A DNA stretch of 64,000 nt, from NCBI GenBank assembly GCA_012295275.1, contig CM022667.1:11842001-11906000 (forward strand), written 5' to 3'. The stretch comes from Chrysomallon squamiferum (taxonomy: Eukaryota; Animalia; Mollusca). The first letter of the stretch is position 1; each line of letters opens with the position of its first letter. Shown piece by piece: positions 52,206 through 64,000 of this stretch. Position numbers and translations under genes: made by a program. Under the pieces are notes generated by a model. That model saw only the letters and a program-made list of their open reading frames with translations, did no database searches and was not told the DNA's origin.

Positions 52206-53696
52206 ATGTTTCGGCGTGCTAAATTCACCCTATCGAGACTTGAAACATTTTCCACGTGGCTCCATCTTCGATTTCGGAATGATCAGTTCATTCCGCGTCG
52301 TAGTTTCTCTCTACGAAGTTATCGTGGCCCTGATGCTATCGAATATCCCAGACTAACACCGCAGTTGGTTAACACAATCCTGAGACACAGAGATAATTCT
52401 GTTGAGGAAAATTATGGAGCTGTTAAGGGATTTGAAACTAACCAGTTGGCATCCAATAACCCGATTGAAGACCGAAGGGCAGAAGCTAAACTTATTCATA
52501 GCATTAAAGAATCCAGCCATTTAGAACGATTTCTCTTTGGCGTTTTTGATGGGCATGCTGGTTGTGCCTGTGCTCAAGCAGTGAGTGAAAGATTATTTAA
52601 CTACATCGCAGTCTCACTGTCCACACCGGAAATTCTAGAAAAAATTCGTGATGGTCAGTTTAATTTGCAGAAACATTTGGTCAGTTTTTATAAACATGAA
52701 GGATTTGATTATGAAAACACTGAATTAAGAGAGAAATTTCAGAAAAGCTTGGAGAAGTTTGCTAGTGAAACTCTCGCTGTTTACAATGAAGATGACACAG
52801 TGGCCGATCACCTGTTTAATGCGTTCGTTAGATTGGATGAGGACATGAGTACTGAGGCTCTCCCCCATTCTCAGTTAGATTTTGAGAGTTTGCAGTGTGC
52901 TTTTTCTGGTGCTGTAGCTTGTGTAGCATTTTTAGATGGAATTGACTTGTACGTGGCAAATGTTGGTGACTCCAAAGCTGTGCTTGGAGTAAATTCTCAA
53001 GATGAACAATGGGAAGCAGTGGAATTGTCACGTGATCACAATGCTGAAAATGAAGATGAAGTGAGTCGACTGTACAGGAATCATCCCAATGAATCTGGAA
53101 ACATTTTGAAGAATGGACGTCTCTTTGGTGATCTTGCTCCTCTTAGGGCTTTTGGAGATGTTCGGTATAAATGGCCAGCAAAAGATCTGAAACATATTGT
53201 TAACACTGTTAGACATCCACATTCATTTATCAGTATGTATGGAAACAGACTTATACCTCGGAATTATAACACTCCACCATATCTAACGGCAGAACCAGAG
53301 ATAATTCATCGCAGACTGACTCCCAAAGACAAATTCCTAATAATCGCTACAGATGGTTTGTGGGATAATCTGTCTCCTGAAAAAGTGGTAAAGCTTGTTG
53401 CTGGACATCTTGATGGTCAGCAGGTATTGGTCAACTTCAAACTGCCTAGGGAAGATGTCACACTGAGAGAAATCAATGAACTACTTATACGTCGGAAAAC
53501 AAGTCTTGCTCAGAAGATTATAGACATGAACGTTGCCACTCACTTAATCAGGAATGCTGTGGGTCCTGAGCATGGACAGCTTTCTGCTCAGCTGACACTG
53601 CCTGAAAGTATTGTACGATTCTACAGAGATGATATAACTGTAACTGTGATCTTCTTTGATACTGACTACATTATAGACAAACTTTCTGTGTCTTAA
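52206..53696 (+). CDS. PDP1: Pyruvate dehydrogenase phosphatase catalytic subunit, mitochondrial (PP2C/PPM family), single coding exon, 496 aa
   Basis: First ATG of ORF 52158..53696 is at 52206. Arg-rich presequence. Motifs: NQLASNNPIEDR, GVFDGHAG, ANVGDSKAVLG, LAPLRAFGD, TPPYLTAEPE, IIATDGLWD, ATHLIRNA, YRDDITVTVIFF. Confidence 0.96.
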   Translation: MFRRAKFTLSRLETFSTWLHLRFRNDQFIPRRSFSLRSYRGPDAIEYPRLTPQLVNTILRHRDNSVEENYGAVKGFETNQLASNNPIEDRRAEAKLIHSIKESSHLERFLFGVFDGHAGCACAQAVSERLFNYIAVSLSTPEILEKIRDGQFNLQKHLVSFYKHEGFDYENTELREKFQKSLEKFASETLAVYNEDDTVADHLFNAFVRLDEDMSTEALPHSQLDFESLQCAFSGAVACVAFLDGIDLYVANVGDSKAVLGVNSQDEQWEAVELSRDHNAENEDEVSRLYRNHPNESGNILKNGRLFGDLAPLRAFGDVRYKWPAKDLKHIVNTVRHPHSFISMYGNRLIPRNYNTPPYLTAEPEIIHRRLTPKDKFLIIATDGLWDNLSPEKVVKLVAGHLDGQQVLVNFKLPREDVTLREINELLIRRKTSLAQKIIDMNVATHLIRNAVGPEHGQLSAQLTLPESIVRFYRDDITVTVIFFDTDYIIDKLSVS

Positions 53697-56549
53697 AATA
53701 CACGGTTTTTAATCTCTTGCATATTTAGCTTTGGTTGCTAAATAGATAGAACGGCAGGACAGCCAATGATCTTTTTATATTATTCTATTTTTAAAATCCT
53801 TTTTGTCATTGCCTGAAATATACTCAAATTAAGATTATTTTCAATATAAATTAGTAGTTCAAAGATTTAATTATCAAAATACAGGGTTTTTGTTTGAAAT
53901 TCTGCTATGGTCTGTTTACAGCTTGTTTTGCCAATCGTTCTTTACTGAGGTACTTTTACATTTCAAATTGTCGTCTTGTACCTAAAAAAAACAAACATCA
54001 AAAAGTATTTTTTTTTACTAGATTCAGCTTTTTATAGGATAAATTTAATGGTTGTATTGATTTGTGGTATTTGTCTTTTTATCACTGACTTTTACTAACC
54101 AAAAAATGTAGGTGAAACATAGTTTTGGGGTTGGGGTGATTGCTTGTGTTCTTTTCTCAATTAGCATATTTTATCGGTAGACCAAACTGAGTAAATATGA
54201 TTATTATATTCAGAATATAGTTTGTAATCTATCAGTTTAATAACTTTATGTAAAACCATGTTAGTACAGTCTAAAGAATTCATAGAGCTCTAAATAACAT
54301 AAATTTAGAAATAATTTAATTAATGGAAACGGTATTTCTATCTGTATTATATTAATATATTTTTATACTTTGATTTCATTATAAATGCATATATATATAA
54401 ATGAGATTCAACAAATGATAAGAAATACTTGAAGATAATATTTTGCATATAAAAGGTGCTGAATTATACTGGAAAAGTTTTTGAGGTATTAATTTGAATA
54501 GTATCTAATTTTCAGCGTGCAGTTCTGATACAAAAAAAACCAAAAAAACATATTGCATGTTTTATACTTTGTGCCTCTTTTTCAAATGTACCAAAGCCAA
54601 TATATTTCTTTCTTCTTTTTGTGAAAATGGTGCGTTTTGAAATATATCTGCTTAATAAGCAATTTGTATTTACTTTGATGCATTTGTTAAAAACGTTATT
54701 TCCTAATCTCTTTTTTTCGAAAAACTTACTTATTGTGTACAGAAGTAATTTGTATTTGTGTCCAGTAGGTTTAGACAGTGTGAACAATAGTGAACATACA
54801 TCCTATGCAAATTTGTTAATTAAAATTTCAGATTTGGATACATTAAAAACAATTACTTGTGCATCATGCTTGCATTGTCATTTAAGAAAGGAAGAATGTA
54901 AGTATTACTGATTTAGATAAAAAAAAAAAAAAAAATTCTGATTATACTAGATTATAAATTAAATGAAATATTTTCATCTAACATTAAATGCAAAAGAAAT
55001 TGAGTGCTTAAAAAAAAAAAAAAAAAAAATCATTTCTGGTTGTGCTAAAAGTACCTATCATGTTGTTGTAGTGTTACTTGAGATTCCAAGCAGAATGAAA
55101 TAAAAGGAAGACCAATGGACGATGAATTTTTTAGACCAGCATTAACATTTTTAAAATTTTGTGGGTTGAAAATTTTGCATCTCAAACAGAATCTAAAAAC
55201 ATTGATATATCATGTAGATAAAGCAAAGTTAAACTGTAAATAGATTAAATGGCAGAAAAGAGATTATAAATTGTTCAATTTTGGCAATAATATTTAGGAT
55301 ATGGTTACATATCAGCAGACTGTTGATAGTTACTAATTCATTTATTAACCCTACAAACAAATATTATTATTAAAAAAATTACGTTTTTGATGAACTTTTG
55401 ATTATTAACTTTAAATAAAAGTTAAATATTCATGCATTTGAATTTCCAGTTAGCTGAATAAGTAATCACTGTGTCAATATTTTTTATGTATTTTAACTTA
55501 AGCAAGGAACGAAAAGTTCTGTTACTTTAATTCATTTTAAAACAAAAACAGTACAAATTAGAACAAGTTAAGCATTGCAATGTATTAATTGCCATAAGGA
55601 TACATTTAGTAGTGCTAATTGATGCATTTTGTTAATGTGTTTATATGTGTGTGTGTATTGCAGTGTATTGCTGCCGTTTAAAATTTTACAGAATGCTATT
55701 TTGTATGAGAATGATTTTATCATTTTTCAGATATAGATATCACATATCCATTTATAATGAATAATAAATCAATCATACATTATTTTTATTATCAAACGAT
55801 AGGCTGACAGTTATTAAAAATAATATTGTACCTCAGTGTTTATAATAGTTCCACTATATTAGATTATAAACTATTCTGTTCTTAGTTAACAGTATTATTC
55901 AAATTAGGATATGATCATTGTGTCAGGTTATTGATATTAGTGCTATTTTTCAGCTTGTATTGTTTTCAGGGTTTTGTCTGATGTAATACCAAGTTATTGT
56001 TTTATCTATATAGACTGGTTTTTTGTTTGTTGTTGTTGGTTTTTTACTTATTTACTTTTCTGTTGTTAGCTCGGTGTTTGTTTTGTTTTTTGTTTACTTA
56101 TTTAAAAAATTTGAATGTAGCAGTTATTAAGATGTTTTATGTTTTTTGAATATGTTTATGTTCTGATTAGTTTTTGTTTTAATTTATATTTCGTTTTTTC
56201 TTTTGTGTTTTAAAATTTTAGTCAATTATTTGCTATTTAAAAATATAGCTGTCTGAAGGTCAAACTTGTAGTATACCTTTTTCTTGTTTATGTAAATAAA
56301 TTGCATAAACATATTTTGTTTACTTCCAGGTAATCCTTTTATTATGTCAATATTTGCTAATAATTAAACAGAAAACAATCCTTTTGAGGATACATAGTGA
56401 TATAATTTCATACAGAATTGTTAATAAAATTTCTGTCTGAATACTCAGCAAATTTTAAGTGAATTTCTAAGTATTTATATTTTAAAATAGTCATAGTAAA
56501 AAAAAAAATTCGGCATCAAGGGCCTCACAACTTTAAAAAAAAAATTCAA

Positions 56550-56580
<31 letters not shown>

Positions 56581-59500
56581 TTGGTTTATTAGTAGTAAAC
56601 ATTGGTTCACATTATCTGTTAATAAATACTGTATAATGGAAATAAGGAAGTAAACACAGTGTATTTAAGCCATTTATTTGCATTACAAGTTTTAGTATTG
56701 TTTATTTTGTTTTATAACTGGAACAAAAATATACTTGTTGAAGAAACAATGCACAAATTATTATGAAGCTTGAGGAGTATTGTAAAACATCTCATGTTCC
56801 TTTTCATTTGTTATTTGTCATGATACATAAATATCATGTGAGCTTATTTTCTTACCTTTCATATCAAAATATAAATAAGTGTACATAAATTGTACTTTGC
56901 TGTTGGGATAATAAATTCAAAAGGTAAAAATAGTATGTTTTCAATAATATGTTTTTTTTTATTTTTTTTTTTTTTTTTTTTTTAAATATTAAATAATTTT
57001 TCAGAAAGTAATGGTATATTATCAAAAAGTAAAATATTTTATCATTTATTTACAGATAAATTTGACTTCATCTTGAGAACAGTTGGAGAAAAAAATTATC
57101 TATAATTTAAAATCTGTATTTTGTCACATAATAAAAAATAATTTACCTACATGAGACTAATTTGAAATGAGAAAGTTGAGTCACATCTTATTTACATATT
57201 ATCTAACTGCAAACTGAGTATGTGAACTTACACGGACATTACTAAAACTAGCTTTGTATTTAACATTATATATATAGAAAAAAAACATAGATTTACTGTT
57301 GCACATATACACTGTAAAAAAAAACTATTATTGGCTCCTAATATTAGAATTGATCTGAATTTTTATTTTAATTAATAAATTAAAAAAAACATCTAAGAAG
57401 GGGAAAATATTGTTCCATTATTATGAAGATTTAAATACTGGTGCCTTTAATTTTAAATTTTTTTGTTTATTTTATTTTATTATTATTTTTGTTTTAATCT
57501 ATTTTTATAATAATGAAGTTTAACGTTTATGTTAATGATATCTTTTTTCAGTTTATTTTTAAATATAATAATGAGTATAAATAAAATCATGTGTTATTAA
57601 ATAATTTATATACAACGAAAAATTTTGAATGAACTTAAATTATTTGGACTACATACATTTCAGAATTGTAAGTATGTATGTATATATGTATGAATATGTA
57701 GGTAGGTATTATAAATTTACTAAGACAAAATTAAATAAAGAATACATTTTCTATTTTAATCTTTCAAATATGATAATAAAGTTTTATGTTAATACACTGA
57801 ATTATAGTAAAACTATTTCATTATTTATGTGAACAACAAAAAAAAAAAAAAAAAAAAAGATACATTGATTTTTTTCTCTACAGTAAAAGTAAAATGTTAC
57901 TCTATTCTTCTCTCATTCAATTTCCTTCCATATTTAAAGTTCTATAGCATATAATTTTTCCAGAACTAGACTATTTTATTATTCATATAGCAATACTGAT
58001 TATACTTCATGTTTGTCGTGACTGAATACATTTACATTCAATATGTAGCATCTGGAAAGGTTGAACAATTTTTAATGTAAACATATATGATACCAGAGTA
58101 TTTTAAATAAATAATATATATTTCCAGAGTACTGAATTTTCAACATTTTAAAGTTAAAAATTAAGGAATAAATTAAGACAAGATCTTAGTGTACAAAATT
58201 TTTGAAGTCAACATTAAGCTGTTTAGAGTTGATATTATTTCTAGTAAAATTTTCTTAAATAAATAATTAACATCACTATATGCATAATTACATGCAACAT
58301 AATCTTCTTGTAATTGAATATTTCACAAATATAACAACAATATTTTGTTATGTTACTCTTTTTACACACACACAACACAAACACTAAGAAACACATTAGA
58401 ATAAAATAAATAAATAAATAAATTGAATATATTACATATTTTGTTACTTTTTATTTTCAAGATATAATATTTACATAGTAAAAAAATAAATTCATTGTGC
58501 ACGTAAGTGCAGGTGTTACTTCTCTATCATTGACAGAATAATGTATGAGAAGTAATTCATGTATGTTTTATCAGTGATTAATTTAAAACAGTGGTACATT
58601 CACTATCTAGTAACATCTGGACTTGAGGGCTATTGGAATGATTTGGTGCAGTTTGAATGAGTTTTCACCATTTGTAACATTTGTGAACATGCATGTGTAG
58701 ATCGTTCACTCTTTTTAAGATTAGATCTATTTATAACAATTATAATAGTAATTATAATAAATAGGATAAATATATATTTATACTACCACGTAAACAGGTA
58801 TATCTAGAACATACATAATATACCTTCTTTTATTTGAATATTTCAATAATATAAACAGTAAATGTTTCATTATATTTTTCTTTTTAAATATAATACTTAT
58901 ACCAGTACTTGAACACTGTGTGTATTGCATACTAGTATGTACTTTCTTCTACTTGAATGTACAACAAAAAAACAGTAGTTTTATATTTTATTTTTAAATA
59001 TATATATATTAAAAGAAAATTAAAAAATAATATATCTATTTATATATATGTATAGATATATTTTTTTGATATATCAGCATACATACAACAATTTTTACTG
59101 TTATATTATTATTCTTTTTTTTTCCTCTTATTTTTTATTCATGTATATTCACATACAATATAGACAAACACTCCTTGTAATAACATATAAAAGTGCTCAA
59201 AATTAATTAATGTGACAAAACATTTGTTTAAATTAGTCTTTTAATTTATTTCATTTTTATATGAAAATAAGAAAGAACCCGGTTTTTAGTAGTTTCAGTA
59301 TTGAGTAGTTATTAAATTCACATCATTCCTTTGATAGTTAATAAATCTATGTTCTGTTGCAGGTGATTTTACATCGGCTTATATTGCTTAAATAAAGTGT
59401 GTTACGTTTTTAATAATGGATTTTCTTTTTGTATTTCTATGTTTCTTATTATTACTATATTTTATTCTTTACTACTACGTTAATTATTATTATTTTTATT

Positions 59501-60698
59501 ACAGTATAGTTAATTTATTTTCTTTGTAGAATTTGTTTTCTTTCTGTTTTATTTAATTCTGATTGTTATTAATTAATTAATGTTTATTTATTATTACTAT
59601 TACAATACTGTTAGTACATGTTTTATACTAACTTTATAGAAATTGATTTTCATTCATTATTATTATAATTATTTAAGAGAAATGGCGTGAAAAATAATAA
59701 TAATTAAATTCATAACTGGTTAATTTTAATTTTAATTTTGTTGTTGGTGTTCTTTCTGTTTATTTTTTTAGCTTGGTTTGTTGTTTTCTTTTGATTTTTT
59801 TTGTTGTTGTTTGTGACATCTGGTTTAGATACAATTACAATTACAATTACAATTGTACATGCATGCAAGTTAATTTTTTAATATATTGTCTGGCACTTTA
59901 TTTTAGTTTTTATTGCATTTTTATTATGTAAATAATCAGAATAATAACAACAATGTGATCTGGTTTAGATATTTTGTAAAAATGAAAATGTGTTAAATCT
60001 TTATACAAATATCAGAATTTACAATATTAAAATTTCTCACAGAACAGTTTGTTTGAGTTTAATATATTCTATTTTATTTTTTTTATTATTATTATTATTT
60101 TATATATATATATTGAACAAAAACTTTTTATTTTAAATTATTATTATTTCCTCCAGTTAGTTGTCAAAAATTCTGTAAAGCATGAGTATATTGTTTCTGG
60201 GTTGTGTTTGAGCATTTGTTGAATTGTGCCCTAATTGGTATAATATATGAGTTTGGTTAACTCCTTTATATTTGTATTGTGAAATAACATAAATATTGTG
60301 TATTGTGCCTGCTTGGAATCAGTATCTCTTCCCAGTCAGTTCGTTACTGTTTGTACAAAAGTCCAACAAAGCAGCCTTAATTTAACTATTGTATTTTAAT
60401 TGTTCTTATTCCACAAAACGTGGATTCAGCTAGATAAGTAATTCTGAGTTTACTGTGGTAAATTTCAAATTAATGTGAAAGTTCAGTAAATGGGACACCT
60501 CCCTAAACATAACATTTCATTTGCTCCCAAAGCCGTTTGGTTTAGATGAATTTTAAAAATAAGAATTCAGAAAATATATGTTCTGTTCAATATTCCAACA
60601 AATTTGTCTTCCATTTGGAAGGTATACTCATCATAGAAGTAACATCAGTATTCTTCTTTTTTTTTTTTTTTTTTATTTTTGATCTGTTCCTTAAAATG

Positions 60699-60741
<43 letters not shown>

Positions 60742-61129
60742 TAATTATAAACTGCTCCCATCATTGTATTATTCTTCTCCCCCCCAAAAAAATAAATAAA
60801 TAAAAAATAATAATAATAAAATAATATAAAAAATTAAAATAATATATATAAGTATAAATAAATTAAAATAATATTTTGGAATGAAACAGAAAAGAAAAAT
60901 ATAATGATAATCCTCTAAACCCTCCTTGCTGCAATAATCATGTAAATAAATAAAATCCATAATTATGCTGATTATGAAAACATATTTAATTAATATTTGA
61001 AATCTTTACATATATATTAACGAAAGTAATGATGAAAATAAAGAAGGAAAAGTAAAGGCTTTTTTGTTTTGTTTTGTTTTTTTTTTTTAAAATGCTACAT
61101 AATATATTTAGACCTTTCTGTCCGTGTTT

Positions 61130-61420
61130 TAGGGTACACCCAAGAAGTCACTCGTGAATTACTAAAGGAAAACCCCGGATAAACGCCGTAAAGGTCGATC
61201 GCTTATTTTGACCGAAACTGATAGCATAATTTCAGTAAAGACGCTGAATAATCGTTAGTTCATTGCTTTTTTTACTTTCTTTGCTGTTTCGGTTTTTACG
61301 TCCATCTGTTCTGTATTTTCAGTTTATTAATACTTAGGTTATAACAAATTAGGGATTTATCATATAAATAAATTTAATAATCACGCCCCAGACGCTCGCA
61401 AGCGTAGCCATTTTGTTTTA
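61130..61420 (+). promoter_or_regulatory. CpG-enriched RBM39 promoter / 5' region with a YY1 motif
   Basis: Local CpG enrichment, and GCCATTTTG (YY1 core) at ~61407-61415. Candidate 5'UTR donor GTG|gtatgt at 61634/61635 and acceptor at 61994. Confidence 0.5.
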
Positions 61421-62012
61421 AACTGGGCTGTTTGGAAACCATAAAGGCACTTTTCGAGAATTTATATTGACTTGTTTATCCACTGATAGTCTTCATTTTG
61501 TAAAGATCATATAAATATATTTTGTCTAAAGTATAATGCTCTCAAATACATTTCGGTTGAATCAAATTTAATTTTCTGTTTAATATTGAATAAAATACGA
61601 TATTTATCATATTAAATCAAATGTGATCCATGTGGTATGTTTGTTCTATTTAAGAACACCTTTAAGCACGTTTAAACTATAATCAGATCAGAAAATACCA
61701 GATGTTAACATTTTTTTCTTAATTTTATTTATTTTAATCTTAAATCCGACCTGTATATATATGTTACATTCATTATTCAATTTATTGTATTTCTAAGATA
61801 TTCGATATATTAATGGCATATACTATGCTAATGTAACTGATGAACCATGTTTGAAAAAATACTTATGTTAATTCAATAATGATATAAAAGAAGACATTTT
61901 GCAGATCAATGTAACAATCATGAATAAAAGATCCTGTATGTTAAATCATCAATTCTTTGCTGAAACTTGAAATGTTATTTTTCTTTAATTTCAGGCAGAA
62001 ATAAAACCAACC

Positions 62013-64000
62013 ATGACTGAAGAATTTGATATAGAGGCAATGCTGGAAGCACCATACAAAAAAGAGGTGAATTATGAACTTTGTTTATGATACAGCATGA
62101 TGAATTTAAACTCACTGAAATGTTTTTACTTTTAAAAAATTTATTATTTAGCATTACTATCTAGAGCAGAGCTGGTATATCATCTTCCACATGTTTGAAG
62201 TGTGTTGTGTTTTGAACAGTGAGTATGAATGTCTGCTTACAGGGTTTATCAACATGAAGAAAGATAAACCTAAGACCTAAAATCACTTTTTTGTCAGTTT
62301 TTCTCTTTTTTGCTCAGGAACATTACATTTTAAAGGGTACGCAGTTTCTTTTTTTATATACCATAAAAGATTGTTTTGTTTCTTCAGTCTTAATAATGAG
62401 AAGTATGTACTGTTATGAAAATCTCATCAGAAGAATTAAAACAACCCTGGTGAATTTACTTATTTTTAAATTGTCAGTCTGTTTTGTTGTGCACTCTCCC
62501 CATTGATTAAAAGTCATAATTTTATTGGTGTAGGTTATAGTGTTTAAGATAAGTTTGTTTAATACCAAGGAAACTTGATTTTTGGTTAAAAATGAGTAAA
62601 TCATTATTAATTTTTTTCAGATGTTTTTTTCTTTAGGAATTACCAAATAAGAAATGTTTTCCCTCAAATCTGTAATAGACTAAATATTTCACAACTGTCT
62701 GAAATATATCTTAAAATTTTGTTGTCCATCTTAAAAAATAACAAACAAAAAATAAATCGCATAAAACCCCCAACAAATCCCAACTTTATTTGAGTAAATA
62801 TGTGATATTGTTCTTAAAAGAAGATAACAAATTTTAGAGGTTAGCATGCATAAAGTTGACCGTTTTGTTTCTTCATTCCATTTTTTATTTTTTTTGTAAT
62901 TATAAAATAAATGAAATAAAATAAAAAATAATTTCCAAATAGAGATTTTAATTTTTTTTTTTTTGAGATGTAGATGTGCTTCTCATTGAGATTTTGTTTT
63001 CGTAGATTCAAGTACTGTTTCATGTTCACCTTGTTTCCTGAACTTGGCTTTCTTGATCCATCTTGAAGGTACAAATAAATATCAAGAGAACCAGTTGGTA
63101 CATTGTTTCAACATAGCATTAACACAGCAACACTATATAAGTTTTCAGACAGACAAAAATTAATGTATTTATTTTTTTTTAAACGATCTATCTTTAATGT
63201 TACAAGCACTAACAAATTTATTAAATCTTTTTTTTCTTTTCCATTTTTATAGTAAATTATTTGTAACTGTATTAAAATACATTATGGTTAGAGCTGGAGT
63301 TTTAAAATATAAAAGTGAAATGAAATTCATGATTAAAAATACATGATTTTTTTTTATCACGTGTTGGTGATGAGAGATCCTTGGTTTGGTTGATGAAAGA
63401 AATAATTTTATTTTTTTAAATCTTAAATGTTGTGAGTTGTGTGTGCCTTGTAATAGTTTAGAAAGAGTCTAGTAATTGCCCATCCCTTTCGTCTCAGGGT
63501 ACGCAAGAGTGTCGAAGTGGTTGCTGGCTGCCTGCGGATCCTTGAGACTTCCACACAGAAGAAAGTTAGCATCTGTTGGCTTGAACGAACCTAGTCCTGC
63601 ATTACCGCTGGACCAGTTATCATATATATTTAAACAACTGTATTTCTTTTTTTTTTTTTTTTTTTTTTTTTCGTTTTTTTTTTCCTTTTTTTTGCTGTTA
63701 GTTGGCAGCTGTAATTTGTCTTTGATAAACAGCTGGACAATAATAAATTGATGGCATTCTGCGTGGTTAAATTTGATTTTCAAATCAAGAATTTGTGAGA
63801 GATATTTTAAGTATAAAAAAATAATGGCAGCTGAAGGAATGCCATTGGTTTCATTGTTGTCATTTCTGAATTATAATTTTTCTTTTCAGTCAAGACAAGG
63901 TAACCATTAAAGACACACAGGCTTTAATATTTTTATTTTCTCCCATTTTGTTTTTGTCCTTTTTTTTTTTTTTTTTTAAGTTGCAGAAAGGAGTCCATTT
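62013..64000 (+). CDS. RBM39: RNA-binding protein 39 / Caper, N-terminal exons (continues beyond the window)
   Basis: Exon 61995-62066 encodes MTEEFDIEAMLEAPYKKE|gt, the diagnostic RBM39/RBM23 N-terminus (DIEAMLEAPYKK). Next candidate exons are 63890-63899 and 63981->64000 (SRQVAERSPF). Confidence 0.9.
63498..63564 (+). other. RBM39: Candidate poison (NMD) cassette exon of RBM39
   Basis: ccctttcgtctcag|GGTACG...AGAAGAAA|gttagc. 67 nt, in-frame TGA at 63543-63545, sitting in a GC-rich island within an AT-rich intron. Confidence 0.7.

Noticed and set aside
52206-53696. Intronless PDP1 as a retrocopy or horizontal transfer
   Set aside because: Vertebrate PDP coding regions are also essentially single-exon. 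The ORF is intact, with no poly(A) scar or target-site duplication.
54512-54911. ORFs between PDP1 and RBM39 as a possible ROMO1
   Set aside because: There is only a chance FGTF match, and the rest of the Gly-rich ROMO1 sequence is absent.
61835-61970. Possible box C/D snoRNA in the RBM39 5' intron (TGATGA...CTGA)
   Set aside because: There is no convincing terminal stem or recognisable rRNA guide, and these motifs are common in AT-rich DNA.
63469-63783. ORFs 63469..63783 (-) and 63476..63751 (+)
   Set aside because: They overlap the RBM39 poison-exon island and a poly-T run, and show no protein-like features.

Overview
AT-rich, microsatellite-laden animal genomic DNA with spliceosomal introns. 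A lophotrochozoan or mollusc origin is plausible but is an inference. Five protein-coding loci were reconstructed by hand. (1) A 5'-truncated, ~30-exon coiled-coil gene on + (<443..38851), PMFBP1/CCDC18-like. Its rod exons are all phase 0 and almost all multiples of 21 nt (one heptad). (2) A PHYHIP/pastrel-like gene nested antisense in one of its introns (13028..~16743). It has an R/STS/E ADP-ribosyltransferase-like motif pattern, a GAS + IRF-element cluster upstream, and frame breaks in its 5' exons. (3) A complete 13-exon NFS1 on - (43041..50625). (4) A single-exon PDP1-type phosphatase on + (52206..53696), head-to-head with NFS1. (5) The start of RBM39 on + (62013..>64000), with a candidate poison exon and a 10-nt microexon. 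A ~290-bp inverted repeat brackets one host exon and most of the nested gene. Most ORFs in the supplied track are microsatellite artefacts.
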